A DNA stretch of 64,000 nucleotides from Octopus sinensis (Eukaryota), in the NCBI RefSeq assembly GCF_006345805.1, contig NC_043013.1, forward strand, positions 43,586,001 to 43,650,000. The letters are read 5' to 3'. A program made the translations under genes and the position numbers. Below are positions 38,697 through 51,000 of the stretch, in pieces (positions within the stretch are counted from its first letter, which is position 1; every line of letters begins with the position of its first letter). The notes beneath the pieces are model-generated. The model did not search any database and was not told where the DNA came from. It saw only the letters and a program-made list of their open reading frames with translations.

Positions 38697-38837
38697 ACTC
38701 AGAGTAACAGCTTTTGTTATATTTCTGCTGCTTTTAAATAAAGCATATTACTCTACCTCTAGTATTTGAGTACTCCAGTATGTATATATATATAATATTG
38801 AGGTCTCTTTCTTTCTTTTGTTATCTTACCGTTTTTA

Positions 38838-38888
<51 letters not shown>

Positions 38889-41800
38889 GACGGGCTTCTT
38901 TCAGTTTCCGTCTACTAAATCCACTCACAAGGCTTTTGTTGGCCCGAGGCTATAGTAGAAGACACTTGCCCAAGGTGCCAAGCAGTGGGAATGAACTCAG
39001 AACCATGTGGTTGGTAAGCAAGCTACTTACCACACAGCCACTTGTGTGCCTATGTCTTTATTTATATTTTAAAAAATGGAAAACATGCTGAAAGATAAAA
39101 TTCTAAAACGTATCACGGTAATATCTTTTATTCAGATCTTTTATCTTCTGCTGGATTCAGTCATTGAAAGGTTTTAGTTGAAAAGATCCCCCCCCACACA
39201 CACACACATCAGAACTTGTTCTTTTAAAGTCTGTTACTTATTTTGTTTCTCTTTTGCCAAAACAATTAAATTGTAGGACATAAACAAACCAACACTGGTT
39301 GTCATACACATTCACACACACCCACACATACACATGCATGCGTGCATGCACATACACACACAAAGGCTTCCATGCAGTTTCCTATTTCTTTACTGCCCAC
39401 AAGGAGCTAGACACAGAGGGGCCAAACGAGGACAGACAAAGGGATTAAGTCGATTACATTGACCCCAGTGCGTAACTGGTACTTAATTCATCGACCCCGA
39501 AAGGATGAAAGGTAAAGTCGACCTCAACGGGATTTGAACTCAGAATGTAGCGGCAGACGAAATACCGCTAAGCATTTCGCCCGGCGTGCTAACGTTTCTG
39601 CCAGCTCGCCGCCTTCCATGCAGTTTCCACCTACCAGATTCATTCCCAGAGCATAGGTCAGTTCAGGACTATAGGAGAAGACACCTATGTGCTGTGCAGT
39701 GGGACTGAACCAGAAATCATGTGGTCCCAAAGAGAGCTTCTTAACCACATGGGCATGTATACATTTATAAATGTATTTGAAATGTTTTATTCAGTGAAAA
39801 TGAAGATGCGTTTCATATACATAAATATAGCCCAACTGATAAATTTGAAGATTTACATGCCAGATCAAAATATTGTTAGAGTATGGTCACCATTTAAAAT
39901 TTAATTAGTGCCAGTATGGATAAATGTCAAGAGCTTCAGTCAAGTACATCAACATCAAAAATCAATGGAAATTGTAGTTGTGATCCCTGTGCCAGTGGCA
40001 CGTAAAAAGCACCATCCAAACGTGGTGGATGCCAGTGCCGCCTTGACTGGCTTCCATGCCGGTGGCATGTAAAAAGCACCAACCGATCGTGGCCATTGCT
40101 AGCCTCGCCTGGCACGTAAAAAGCACCCACTACACTCATGGAGTGGTTGGCGTTAGGAAGGGCATCCAGCTGTAGAAACACTACCAGATCAGACTGGAGC
40201 CTGGTGCAGCCTTCTGGCTTCCCAGACCCCGGTCGAACTGTCCAACCCATGCTAGCATGGAAAACAGACATTAAACGATGATGATGATAGTTTTGGATTC
40301 AGTTCAGCTGTGCAACACCTTGGGCCAGTGTTTTCTACTTATAGCCCCAAAGTCAACCAATACCTTATGAGTGAATTTGGTAAAAGGAAACTATGGAAGC
40401 ATATCATAAACTTGTGTGTTTGTACTGGAATGCGTCTTTCCTGTTAAAACAGGTTTTCAGAGACCAGATTAGCACACTAGTAAAGAGGGCTTTAGGGAAA
40501 ATATTACCTTCCTTGGAAACGATGAGTGTTGGCAACAGGAAGGACATCCAGCTGTAGAAAATCTGCCTCAACTAATTCTGCTTGACCCATGCAAGCATGG
40601 TAAAATGGAGGTTAAAATGATGATGTAATCATTTTGTGCACTTTTATAACTATTTGGAATGGTGAGGAAGTTAAAGCAATATTTTAGATCTGATAGAAAA
40701 ACTGCTTGGAATATTTAGGTGGCCTAGGCATCAGAAATGACAGGATGGCTGTCATACATTTCTCAGTGACTATAAGATGAGGGGATGAGGAATATTTTCA
40801 GATAAATCAAGATATTTGTAATTGGAGGACTTGAGAGAAATTCTGTTTTGTTTTGAGAATTTTCTGTACTGATTATTACATATTGATAATGCAGGGGAAC
40901 AATTTTGAGCATAATTGTTGGTGAGTTTCCTTTTTCACTTGGTTTAGACTAAAATTAGCATGCTGATTCCAAAACTACAGTCAATTTTCTTCTATCACAT
41001 CTATTTATTTTTGTATAACTTACTCTCTGAATAAACACAATTTTATTATTTATCTATAAGTGATAGGTCATCTGCTTTTATCATTTCATTAATAAAACTG
41101 AGGATCATTTTTGAAATGAATTTTAGTGGTTTTGCTTTTTACAATCAGTCCTACCTAATTTGGTGATGCTGGGTTCATAAATGCCTTCAGAAATGTTTTA
41201 TTGTGTTAGGTTTTTTTTTTATTAAATAGGAATTCATTTTATGCCAAAAGATGTCTTGATGGAATCTTTCTCTTTGCTCATTACTTATTGTGCTATGATT
41301 TTCAAGGAAGTAGTCCAGATGACTGCACAGGAAATGCACTTTTACGCTCATGCTGCAGCCCAGTGCTCAAAAATTGGTTAACAGGGTCTGTGCAAGTTTT
41401 TCATAATTTGATAACTTCAGGAAAGCAGACACAACTGCAGCAAAAGCGTTCCATGCTTCTTTTCCAAAGCCAGGCATGGTCTCCAAAAACTGCTTGCCCT
41501 GCAATAACTACCTAATCTGAGGCCCATCAAATACGACCCTAATTTTCTCACAAGACAAAGCTGGAAACTTTCTGCTTAAGTATTTGAAACAGTTACTGTT
41601 TCAGTGTTTCAACACATGTTTTACACACTATATGGGAGGGGGGGAGGGGTGCCCAGGCTTTGTCTTAATCACCCAGTTTCATGCTAAAGAAATGTAAGCC
41701 TTCTTCACAAAATCTGTGATTTTGTTTCACTGTCTAGATAAAGTGTAACATCTACAAATATAACAGAAGACATCAGAGTTGTTTTTGTGTGTTTTTTTGT

Positions 41801-43533
41801 CTCACAACTGGCCATATTTCTGAAATACAAAACATATGTATTTAATTTAGTTGTCATCTGAGAAAAGCATTTTCAGAACTGTCAGCAATTACAAAGTAAG
41901 CAAATGCAGTCTTGTGATGGTAAAGTTTCATAAAGACCATGCATACCATAAAATTCTACAGTTCTTTGACCAAGCTGGACAGAGTGACCTTTGACATGTG
42001 ACCTCAAGTAAAATATCAAGGGCACATTCAAAATATCAATTTTCATAAGAAATATTTTTAAGTTCAACAAAATGTGACTCATCCGGTTTGGAATATAGTC
42101 ACACCAAGTCCAGCACACTAGGAATATCTGCTGACTAATTTCACAGATATGAGGTGTGTGATGTCAGGGACCACAGAAATATGTTGTTTATTAACATCGA
42201 AATGTATAAAGGACACGATGACATTTAAAACTGGTTAGATTAAAGATAGTGAAAGTTGCTTAATCATGGCTTTTGGTTTCACTTTTGTAGTCAAATTTCC
42301 TTTAAATGAAAAACTATGTTTTCAAAGTTATGTCCGGTTCCATACATGAGTCTGCATTTGATGAAGCCAAATCTATCCTTAGAAACAGGGACAATATTGG
42401 AAATGTTGTAAAATGGACATTTGAGTATGTGAAAAATTTTTGATGTGATAGAACAAAATGGATTTAATTTTTGAAATGAGCACACCAGAATTACTAGGAA
42501 ACATTTCTCCATCACCAGACAATAAAATCCATGCTCCCCAGTGTAATTATCTGTGCTGATAAATATTTATTTGATGCTAATTGTTTAAATGAATATTATC
42601 AGGCGCAGGAGTGGCTGTGTGGTAAGTAGCTTGCTAACCAACCACATGGTTCCGGGTTCAGTCCCACTGAGTGGCATCTTGGGCAAGTGTCTTCTGCTAT
42701 AGCCCCGGGCCGACCAATGCCTTGTGAGTGGATTTGGTAGACGGAAACTGAAAGAAGCCTGTCGTATATATATATATATATGTATGTATGTTTGTGTGTC
42801 TGTGTTTGTCCCCCCACCATCGCTTGACAACCGATGCTGGTGTGTTTACGTCCCCGTCACTTAGTGGTTCGGCAAAAAGAGACCGATAGAATAAGTACTG
42901 GGCTTTCAAAGAATAAGTCCCGGGGTCAAGTTGCTCGATTAAAGGCGGTGCTCCAGCATGGCCGCAGTCAAATGACTGAAACAAGTAAAAGAGTAATATG
43001 TAATTATCAGTACAGAAAATTCTCATCACAAAATAGAATTTCTTTGAAATCATCAAATTACAAGGCAAAAAAACCTCAATATATGTTTATACATTCTTGC
43101 ATTTACACATGCAGATAGATTGACATGTATGAGAGTGTACTGCAAAGTTCCTGGTTTTGGGTAAAAGAAAATACAGGAAGATTAGTTAATTATGATTTTA
43201 TTCAACATATTTCCTTCTCAGATTCACACATTTATTGCAGTGGTCCTTCAGTTTTTCAAAGCCCTATAGAAGAACTTGGAAGGTTGGGCCTCCAACCAGG
43301 CCTTTTGTGACACCCTTACAGCCAGGAACTTTTCAGCACCCCCTTGTACATACTTGCATTTACACCTGCAGACACCTTGACATGTACACATATACGTGGT
43401 GGGATTTCCCAAAATCTGATATTATTTATTGTTGGAACAAATGTTTTCACAATGTCTTTTCATCCCACCCTTCTGCATTTGGTTAAGGGACTGCTTAATC
43501 AGGATTGAACTGGGGCCAAACAACAACTTTAAG

Positions 43534-43895
43534 ACAGTTCTATATTTAAGAGATGAAGAATTATGTACATTCGACGGATATTTGTCCTCATCTTGTTTGT
43601 TGACAAGATGGGCATATGGTGTTGTTAACCACTATGCCGTATGCCCACGGTCATATGGTGTAATGGTTAAGAGCGTGGGCTACTAACCCCAAGATTCCGA
43701 GTTCGATTCCAAGCAGTGACCTGAACACTAACAATAATAATAATAATAATATCAAAAAATACCTTAGGAATGAGAACCCGGGTTCGAAATTTCCCCAAGA
43801 CACCTGAAGTAGGCTGGAGGGTATATCAGCTGAAATGTTGTGTTAACAACAAACAAGATGAGGACAAATATCCGTCGAATGTAAATAATGTAAAT
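43534..43895 (+). mobile_element. tRNA-headed SINE with degenerate hammerhead and inverted 5' tail copy
   Basis: 12-bp TSD AACAACTTTAAG (43522-43533 and 43896-43907). Pol III A box TGGTGTAATGG and B box GTTCGATTCC at about 43649-43720. HHR-like fold at 43799-43844. 43564-43602 is the reverse complement of 43847-43884. Confidence 0.7.
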
Positions 43896-44335
43896 AACAA
43901 CTTTAAGGTAGAGAAAGCCAATACACAAAGGCCAACAAGGTTATGTTTTTTGTCCAAGGATTCTAAATAATTGTTGTAGTGAATTTTCAATGCAGCCCAT
44001 TTTCACATCATTTAAAAAGACAAATCTCTTGTCTTGTTTTGCTGCCAAATAATAAGTGTTAACTATTCCTATGGCTAGAATTGAACTTGGTACTACAATT
44101 TGATGAATCATTCAACTTCACAATGCTGCCTACAGCAGTGAACTGTACCACTGTATGAAATGAAGGAGCTTTTACATGGTTGCTCTACCTACTCGAAATA
44201 GCAGCCACACACTGTCATCTTAAAAAAGGAAGGACAAGGCCACTAAAAATTGCAAGATGATCATGGCTGAAATGCTTTTGATCATTGATCTACTTGATCA
44301 GGAAGCTAACATAGAACTGAGCAGCAACAACCATT

Positions 44336-44690
44336 GGAGGCGCAATGGCTCAGTGGTTAGGGCAGCAGACTCGCAGTCGAAGGATCGCGGTTTCGATTCC
44401 CAGACCGGGCGTTTATTGAGCGAAAACACCTTAAGCTCCACGAGGCTCCGGCAGGGGGTGGTGGCGACCCCTGTTGTACTCTTTCGCTCCAACTTTCTCT
44501 CACTCTTTCTTCCTGTTTCTTGTCTCCGACTTCCTACGCAACCGCTGAGCCTGGATGCGCATTCATCCATCCGTCGATGCTCTTGGTGTCGGGGGTTGAC
44601 CTGCTTTCTCTTCTGCAAGTCTTACGAATAGCAAAAGGACCACGTTTCGAATTTCTCCCACTACAGACGGGACGAAGACCGCTTCGCTCA
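44336..44690 (+). mobile_element. tRNA-derived SINE family C
   Basis: GGAGGCGCAATGGCTCAGTGGTTAGGGCAGC...GGTTTCGATTCCC head. Copies at about 1483-1870, 18555-19160, 26895-27205, 31490-31800 (-). Confidence 0.8.
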
Positions 44691-45672
44691 ACAAACAAGC
44701 AGCAACAACCATTTAGAGGTAGGCAGGCTGAGCTGTTGAAGTTTAAAGGTCATCTTCACTGACACAGCACAAATATCCTCCAATTCAAGAGAAGTTCAAC
44801 AGAAACACTAGACATGTAATGATTAATGGCTAAGATTAATTTTTGATAAATGTTCATATGCAATGACTCAGAACATGGAGGATTTAACCTTAACTGGAAT
44901 TTTACTAGAAATTTACCATATTTATCAATGGACTGACATTGTCTGCATTGCTTTTAGGTCACATCGAGTAACTAAAGTTGTGATGTCCAAGTGTTTTAAT
45001 TTATCATCATCATCATCGTTTAACGTCCGTTCTCCATGCTAGCATGGGTTGGACGGTTCAACCGGGGATCTGGGAAGCCAGAAGGCTGCACCAGGCTCCG
45101 GTCTTATCTGGCAATGTTTCTACAGCTGGATGCCCTTCCTAACGCCAACCACTCCGTGAGTGTAGTAGGTGCTTTTTACGTGCCACCTGCACAGGTACCA
45201 GGCGAGGCTGGCAACAGCCACGGTCGGATTGGTGTATTTTACGTGGGACTTAATTTTGATAATGTGAAGGCGCATGGCTCAGTGATTGGAGCATCGAGCT
45301 TGCGATTGTGAGATCGATTCCGAGACTGGGCTGCGTGTCGTGTTCTTGAGCAAGACACTTTATTTCACGTCGCTCCAGTTAACTCAGCTATAGAAATGAG
45401 TTGCGACGTCACAGGTGCCAAAATGTATCGGCCTCTTTGCCTTTCCCTTGGATAACATCGGTGGCATGGGCGACTGCTGGCCTTCCATAAACAACCTTGC
45501 CCGGACTTATGCCTCAGAGGGTAACTTTCTAGGTGCAATCCCATGGTCATTCATGAATGAAGGGGGTGGGGGTCTCCTCCAATCTTGATATATTTTATGA
45601 CATTTTTTTTCTGATCATCTATGTTTATATGTCTGATATTTTCCTCTTTTTGTGTCTTTTATTTTAATCTAG

Positions 45673-45751
45673 GCTTTTTCACGAGAAACTGTATTGTCTT
45701 CAGCTGAAGAATTTCTGAAGTTTGTCAATGCAGGCCCATCTCCTTACCATG
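45673..45751 (+). CDS. DNPEP: Aspartyl aminopeptidase coding exon 2
   Basis: TTTTAATCTAG|AFSRETVLSSAEEFLKFVNAGPSPYH(V)|GTATGT (cf. ELLKFVNRSPSPFHAV). 79 nt. Confidence 0.9.
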
Positions 45752-46239
45752 GTATGTTACTCGGTCCAACGATACTGTTTCTATGATTGAATTGTGTATT
45801 ACACTGCTCAGTTTGTTCTTAGAATACTGAGTTGATGATCTGATTTCAAATCCTGGGTTGAAGTCTATGCATGGATGTCACCATCGTCATCATCATCATT
45901 TAACATTCATTTTCTATGCTGGCAAGGGTTGAACTAAAAGTTGACCACTGCAGGGTTCAACCCTTTAGCATTGAGACTTATTGTTAAATGTAACGTTTAT
46001 TTATTCATTGCTTTAAATATTCAGCCAGTTGCCATTCTTGTGGCTTTGAGATTTCAGTGATGTGATTGTTTATTTTTAGAATGACATTGTAGGGCAGGTG
46101 TGAGAGGCTGGATCTAGTTAGTTTGTATGTAAAACGGGTAGAATATGTTTGGCCAGATATGGCTGGTTTAAATGCTAAGGGGTTAAACGTAAAGATCCGG
46201 AATAAATACAGAATGTAAATTTTGAAGAACACTCTAATG

Positions 46240-46588
46240 CAGTGGTTCTCAACTGGGGTTCATAAGGCCCCTGAGAATCCATATAAGATTTTCAGGAGTT
46301 CACACAACAAAATGATAAATTGGGAATCTACAATAGTATTTTACTGGACCCTGAAAAAATTCTCCTTTAGATATATGTATTGGTATGTATTGCAAGAAAC
46401 AGCTGGGTTTCTTTCTCTTACATTTTACATAGTTCAACCTAGACAAGTCAATGTGCGGAAAACAAAATGGGAATTTAGAACTTTCTATAAGACAATTTTT
46501 TAGACATTGGATAAACTGTCAGGGGATCTACCAGAATAAGATAACAATCAAAGGAGCCCATTGATAAAAAAATGGTTGAGAACCCCTG
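46240..46588. mobile_element. hAT-type MITE
   Basis: TIR CAGTGGTTCTCAAC / GTTGAGAACCCCTG; 8-bp TSD CTCTAATG / TTCTAATG. Confidence 0.78.
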
Positions 46589-46911
46589 TTCTAATGCTTC
46601 TGCCATAGAATACGGATGTGTTGTTAAGTTTGTTCCACAGTCACTTGTTTTGGGGTTTGAAACATTAGCATAACTCCTTGAGCTAGTTTTCTTTTCTTTT
46701 TTTTAAGTGAACCCTTTTGCATTTAAATTATTCTGTCGAGTCTTAATGTTTATTTATTCACATCGTTTTGAATTAATCTTACATTATCTTGTAGCTTTGA
46801 GATATCGACGATGTGCTTGTCTATTTTTAAAATGACATTGCAAGATAGATGTGAGAGGCCAGTTTGAACATAAAACAGGTAGAATATTTTGGCCAGATAT
46901 GAAATAAAATA

Positions 46912-47270
46912 ATAAAAATGAAATTATTGTATACTGTGCTCAGGTGCACCACAACTTGTCAAAAGTGCATATAAAGTATATGCAGTAATGTACAAATGTC
47001 TAGGAAGCGAACAGTGTATGAGTCAGATCCATGCTTGCATGTGTATGGAGGGGAGAAAATCAGGTGTAGTGTTGGCAAATCTCAGGAAGCATGGAAGTTT
47101 TGAAGGATGCAGTGCTCCGACAACTAACAACTGATGCTGGCAGTTTGTTCCATGCTTTAGCAACTCTTAGTGTGAAAAAATGTTTCCAAAAGTCATGGGA
47201 GCTGTGCTGCTTTCTGACTTTGTAAACATGTCCACGGGTGTTAGCCAGGTGGAGTTTGAAAAGGTTTGAA
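46912..47270 (-). mobile_element. CR1-type LINE 3' end
   Basis: NTRGHVYKVRK...HFFTLRVAKAWNKLPASVVSCRSTASF plus 3' UTR. Second copy at about 32775-33040 (+). Confidence 0.75.
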
Positions 47271-47754
47271 TATAGCTGGTTTAAACATTAAAGGGTTAAA
47301 ATGATGATGGTGATGATGATTGTCTTGACAATATTAGTTAAACCTAATGACATACATCATCATCATCATCGTTTAACGTCCGCTTTCCATGCTGGCATGG
47401 GTTGGACGGTTCAACTGGGGTCTGGGAAGCCCGAAGGCTGCACCAGGCCAGTCTGATCGGGCAGTGTTTCTACAGCAGGGTGCCCTTCCTAACGCCAACC
47501 ACTCCGTGTGTGTAGTGGGTGCTTTTTATGTGCCACCTGCACAGGTGCCAGAGGGGTCTGGCATCGGCCACGTTCGGATGGTGTTTGTTACGTGCCACCA
47601 GCACGGAGGCCAGTCGATGCGGTACTGGCTACGGCCACGTTCGGATGGTATTCTTATGTGTCACCGGCACTGGTACCACAAAACTACAAATTCCATATGT
47701 GTATATTCCTATATAATGTATATATTTGTATATCCTGTGCTATTTCATTTCCAG

Positions 47755-47843
47755 TTGCTGATGCATTGAAAACCATGTTGAAAGATGCTGGCTTTGAAGA
47801 GTTAAAAGAGAGTAACCATTGGACTCTGGAAAATTCTAAGAAA
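47755..47843 (+). CDS. DNPEP: DNPEP coding exon 3
   Basis: ATTTCCAG|(V)ADALKTMLKDAGFEELKESNHWTLENSKK|GTATAG (cf. LLQAGFSELKETEKW). 89 nt. Confidence 0.9.
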
Positions 47844-48080
47844 GTATAGAAATCTGTTTTATGTTGATTCATTTTCAGTTTATTCACTAACTTACATCAA
47901 CAAATCATACATATCTAACTGGATAAGGGGTTGGGTTTTTGATGTAAGGAAGCTTTTCCGGTGGAATCCTAGTTAAAGCACCCATATAATCCCTCATTAC
48001 TTTTATTTTCTGGAATTTTCAGAATATTTTTGTGAATTTGTGTTCTACGCACAGGAATTCATATGATTATGTAAAGAAAA

Positions 48081-51000
48081 CTGGTGCTTTTTACATGGTA
48101 CCAGTACCAATGCTTTTTACATGGTACCAGCACCAGTGCTTTTTACATGGTACCAGCACCAGTGCTTTTTACATGGTACCAGCACCAGTGCTTTTTACAT
48201 GGCACCAGCACCAGTGCTTTTTACATGGTACCAGCACCAGTGCTTTTTACATGGTACCAGCACCAGTGCTTTTTACATGGTACCAGCACCAGTGCTTTTT
48301 ACATGGTACCAGCACCAGTGCTTTTTTACATGGCACCAGCACCAGTGCTTTTTACATGGCACCAGCACCAGTGCTTTTTACATGGTACCAGCACCAGTGC
48401 TTTTTTACATGGTACCAGCACCAGTGCTTTTTACATGGCACCAGCACCAGTGCTTTTTACATGGTACCAGCACCAGTGCTTTTTACATGGCACCAGCACC
48501 AGTGCTTTTTACATGGCACCAGCACCAGTGCTTTTTACATGGCACCAGCACCAGTGCTTTTTACATGGTACCAGCACCAGTGCTTTTTTACATGGTACCA
48601 GCACCAGTGCTTTTTACATGGTACCAGCACCAGTGCTTTTTTACATGGTACCAGCACCAGTGCTTTTTACATGGTACCAGCACCAGTGCTTTTTTACATG
48701 GTACCAGCACCAGTGCTTTTTACATGGTACCAGCACCAGTGCTTTTTACATGGCACCAGCACCAGTGCTTTTTACATGGCACCAGCACCGGTGCTTTTTA
48801 CATGGACCAGCACCAGTGCTTTTTACATGGTACCAGACCAGTGCTTTTACATGGCACCAGCACCAGTGCTTTTTACATGGTACCAGCACCAGTGCTTTTT
48901 ACATGGTACCAGCACCAGTGCTTTTTACATGGTACCAGCACCAGTGCTTTTTTACATGGTACCAGCACCAGTGCTTTTTACATGTTACCGCACCAGTGCT
49001 TTTTACATGGTACCAGCACCAGTGCTTTTTACATGGCACCAGCACCAGTGCTTTTTTACATGGTACCAGCACCAGTGCCTTTTACATGGTACCAGCACCA
49101 GTGCTTTTTACATGGTACCAGCACCAGTGCTTTTTACATGGTACCAGCACCAGTGCTTTTTTACATGGTACCAGCACCAGTGCTTTTTACATGGCCACAG
49201 CACCAGTGCTTTTTACATGGTACCAGCACCAGTGCCTTTTACATGGTACCAGCACCATGCTTTTTACATGGTACCAGCACCAGTGCTTTTTACATGGCAC
49301 CAGCACCAGTGCTTTTTTACATGGTACCAGCACCAGTGCTTTTTACTCGGGTACCAGCACCAGTGCTTTTTACATGGTACCAGCACCAGTGCTTTTTACA
49401 TGGTACCAGCACCAGTTGCTTTTTACATGGTACCAGCACCAGTGCTTTTTACATGGTACCAGCACACAGTTGCTTTTTACATGGTACCAGCACCAGTGCT
49501 TTTTTACATGGTACCGCACCAGTGCCTTTTACATGGTACCAGCACCAGTGCTTTTTTACATTGGTACCAGCACCAGTGCTTTTTTACATGGTACCAGCAC
49601 CAGTGCTTTTTACATGGTACCAGCACCAGTGCTTTTTACATGGTACCAGCACCAGTGCTTTTTACATGGTACCAGCACCAGTGCTTTTTTACATGGTACC
49701 AGCACCAGTGCCTTTTACATGGTACAGCACCAGTGCTTTTTACATGGTACCAGCACCAGTGCTTTTTACATGGTTACCAGCACCAGTGCTTTTTACATGG
49801 TACCAGCACCAGTGCTTTTTACATGGTACCAGCACCAGTGCTTTTTACATGGCACCAGCACCAGGCTTTTTTAACATGGTACCAGCACCAGTGCCTTTTA
49901 CATGGTACCAGCACCAGTGCTTTTTACATGGTACCAGCACCAGTGCTTTTTACATGGTACCAGCACCAGTGCTTTTTTACATGTACCAGCACCAGTGCTT
50001 TTTACATGGCACCAGACCGTGCTTTTTACATGGTACCAGCACCAGTGCTTTTTACATGGCACAGCACCAGTGCTTTTTTACATGGTACCAGCACCAGTGC
50101 TTTTTACATGGTACCAGCACCAGTGCTTTTTACATGGTACCAGCACCAGTGCTTTTTACATGGTACCAGCACCAGTGCTTTTTACATGATGGTACCAGCA
50201 CCAGTGCTTTTTTACATGGTACCAGCACCAGTGCTTTTTACATGGTACCAGCACCAGTGCCTTTTACATGGTACCAGCACCAGTGCTTTTACAGGTACCA
50301 GCACCAGTGCTTTTTACATGGTACCAGCACCAGTGCTTTTTACATGGTACCAGCACCAGTGCTTTTTACATGGTACCAGCACCAGTGCTTTTTACATGGT
50401 ACCAGCACCAGTGCTTTTTTACATGGTACCAGCACCAGTTGTTCTTTTACATGGTACCAGCACCAGTGCTTTTTACATGGTACCAGCACCAGTGCTTTTT
50501 ACATGGTACCAGCACCAGTGCTTTTTACATGGTACCAGCACCAGTGCTTTTTTACATGGTACCAGCACCAGTGCTTTTTACATGGTACCAGCACCAGTGC
50601 TTTTTACATGGTACCAGCACCAGTGCTTTTTACATGGTACCAGCACCAGTGCTTTTTACATGGTACCAGCACCAGTGCCTTTTACATGGTACCAGCACCA
50701 GTGCTTTTTACATGGTACCAGCACCAGTGCTTTTTTACATTGGTACCAGCACCAGTGCTTTTTACATGGCACCAGCACCAGTGCTTTTACATGGTACCAG
50801 CACCAGTGCTTTTACATGGTACCAGCACCAGTGCTTTTTACATGGTACCAGCACAGTGCCTTTTACATGGTACCAGCACCAGTGCTTTTTACATGGTACC
50901 AGCACCAGTGCTTTTTACATGGCACCAGCACCAGTGCTTTTACATGGTACCAGCACACAGTGTTTTACATGGTACCAGCACCAGTGCTTTTTTACATGGT

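Noticed and set aside
43649-43720. tRNA gene
   Set aside because: A and B boxes are present but the anticodon and T arms are imperfect, and it is embedded in a TSD-flanked element. It is a SINE head.
45697-45710. 14-bp palindrome TCTTCAGCTGAAGA containing CUGAAGA
   Set aside because: It lies within DNPEP coding exon 2 (SSAEE) and has no downstream HHR stems.
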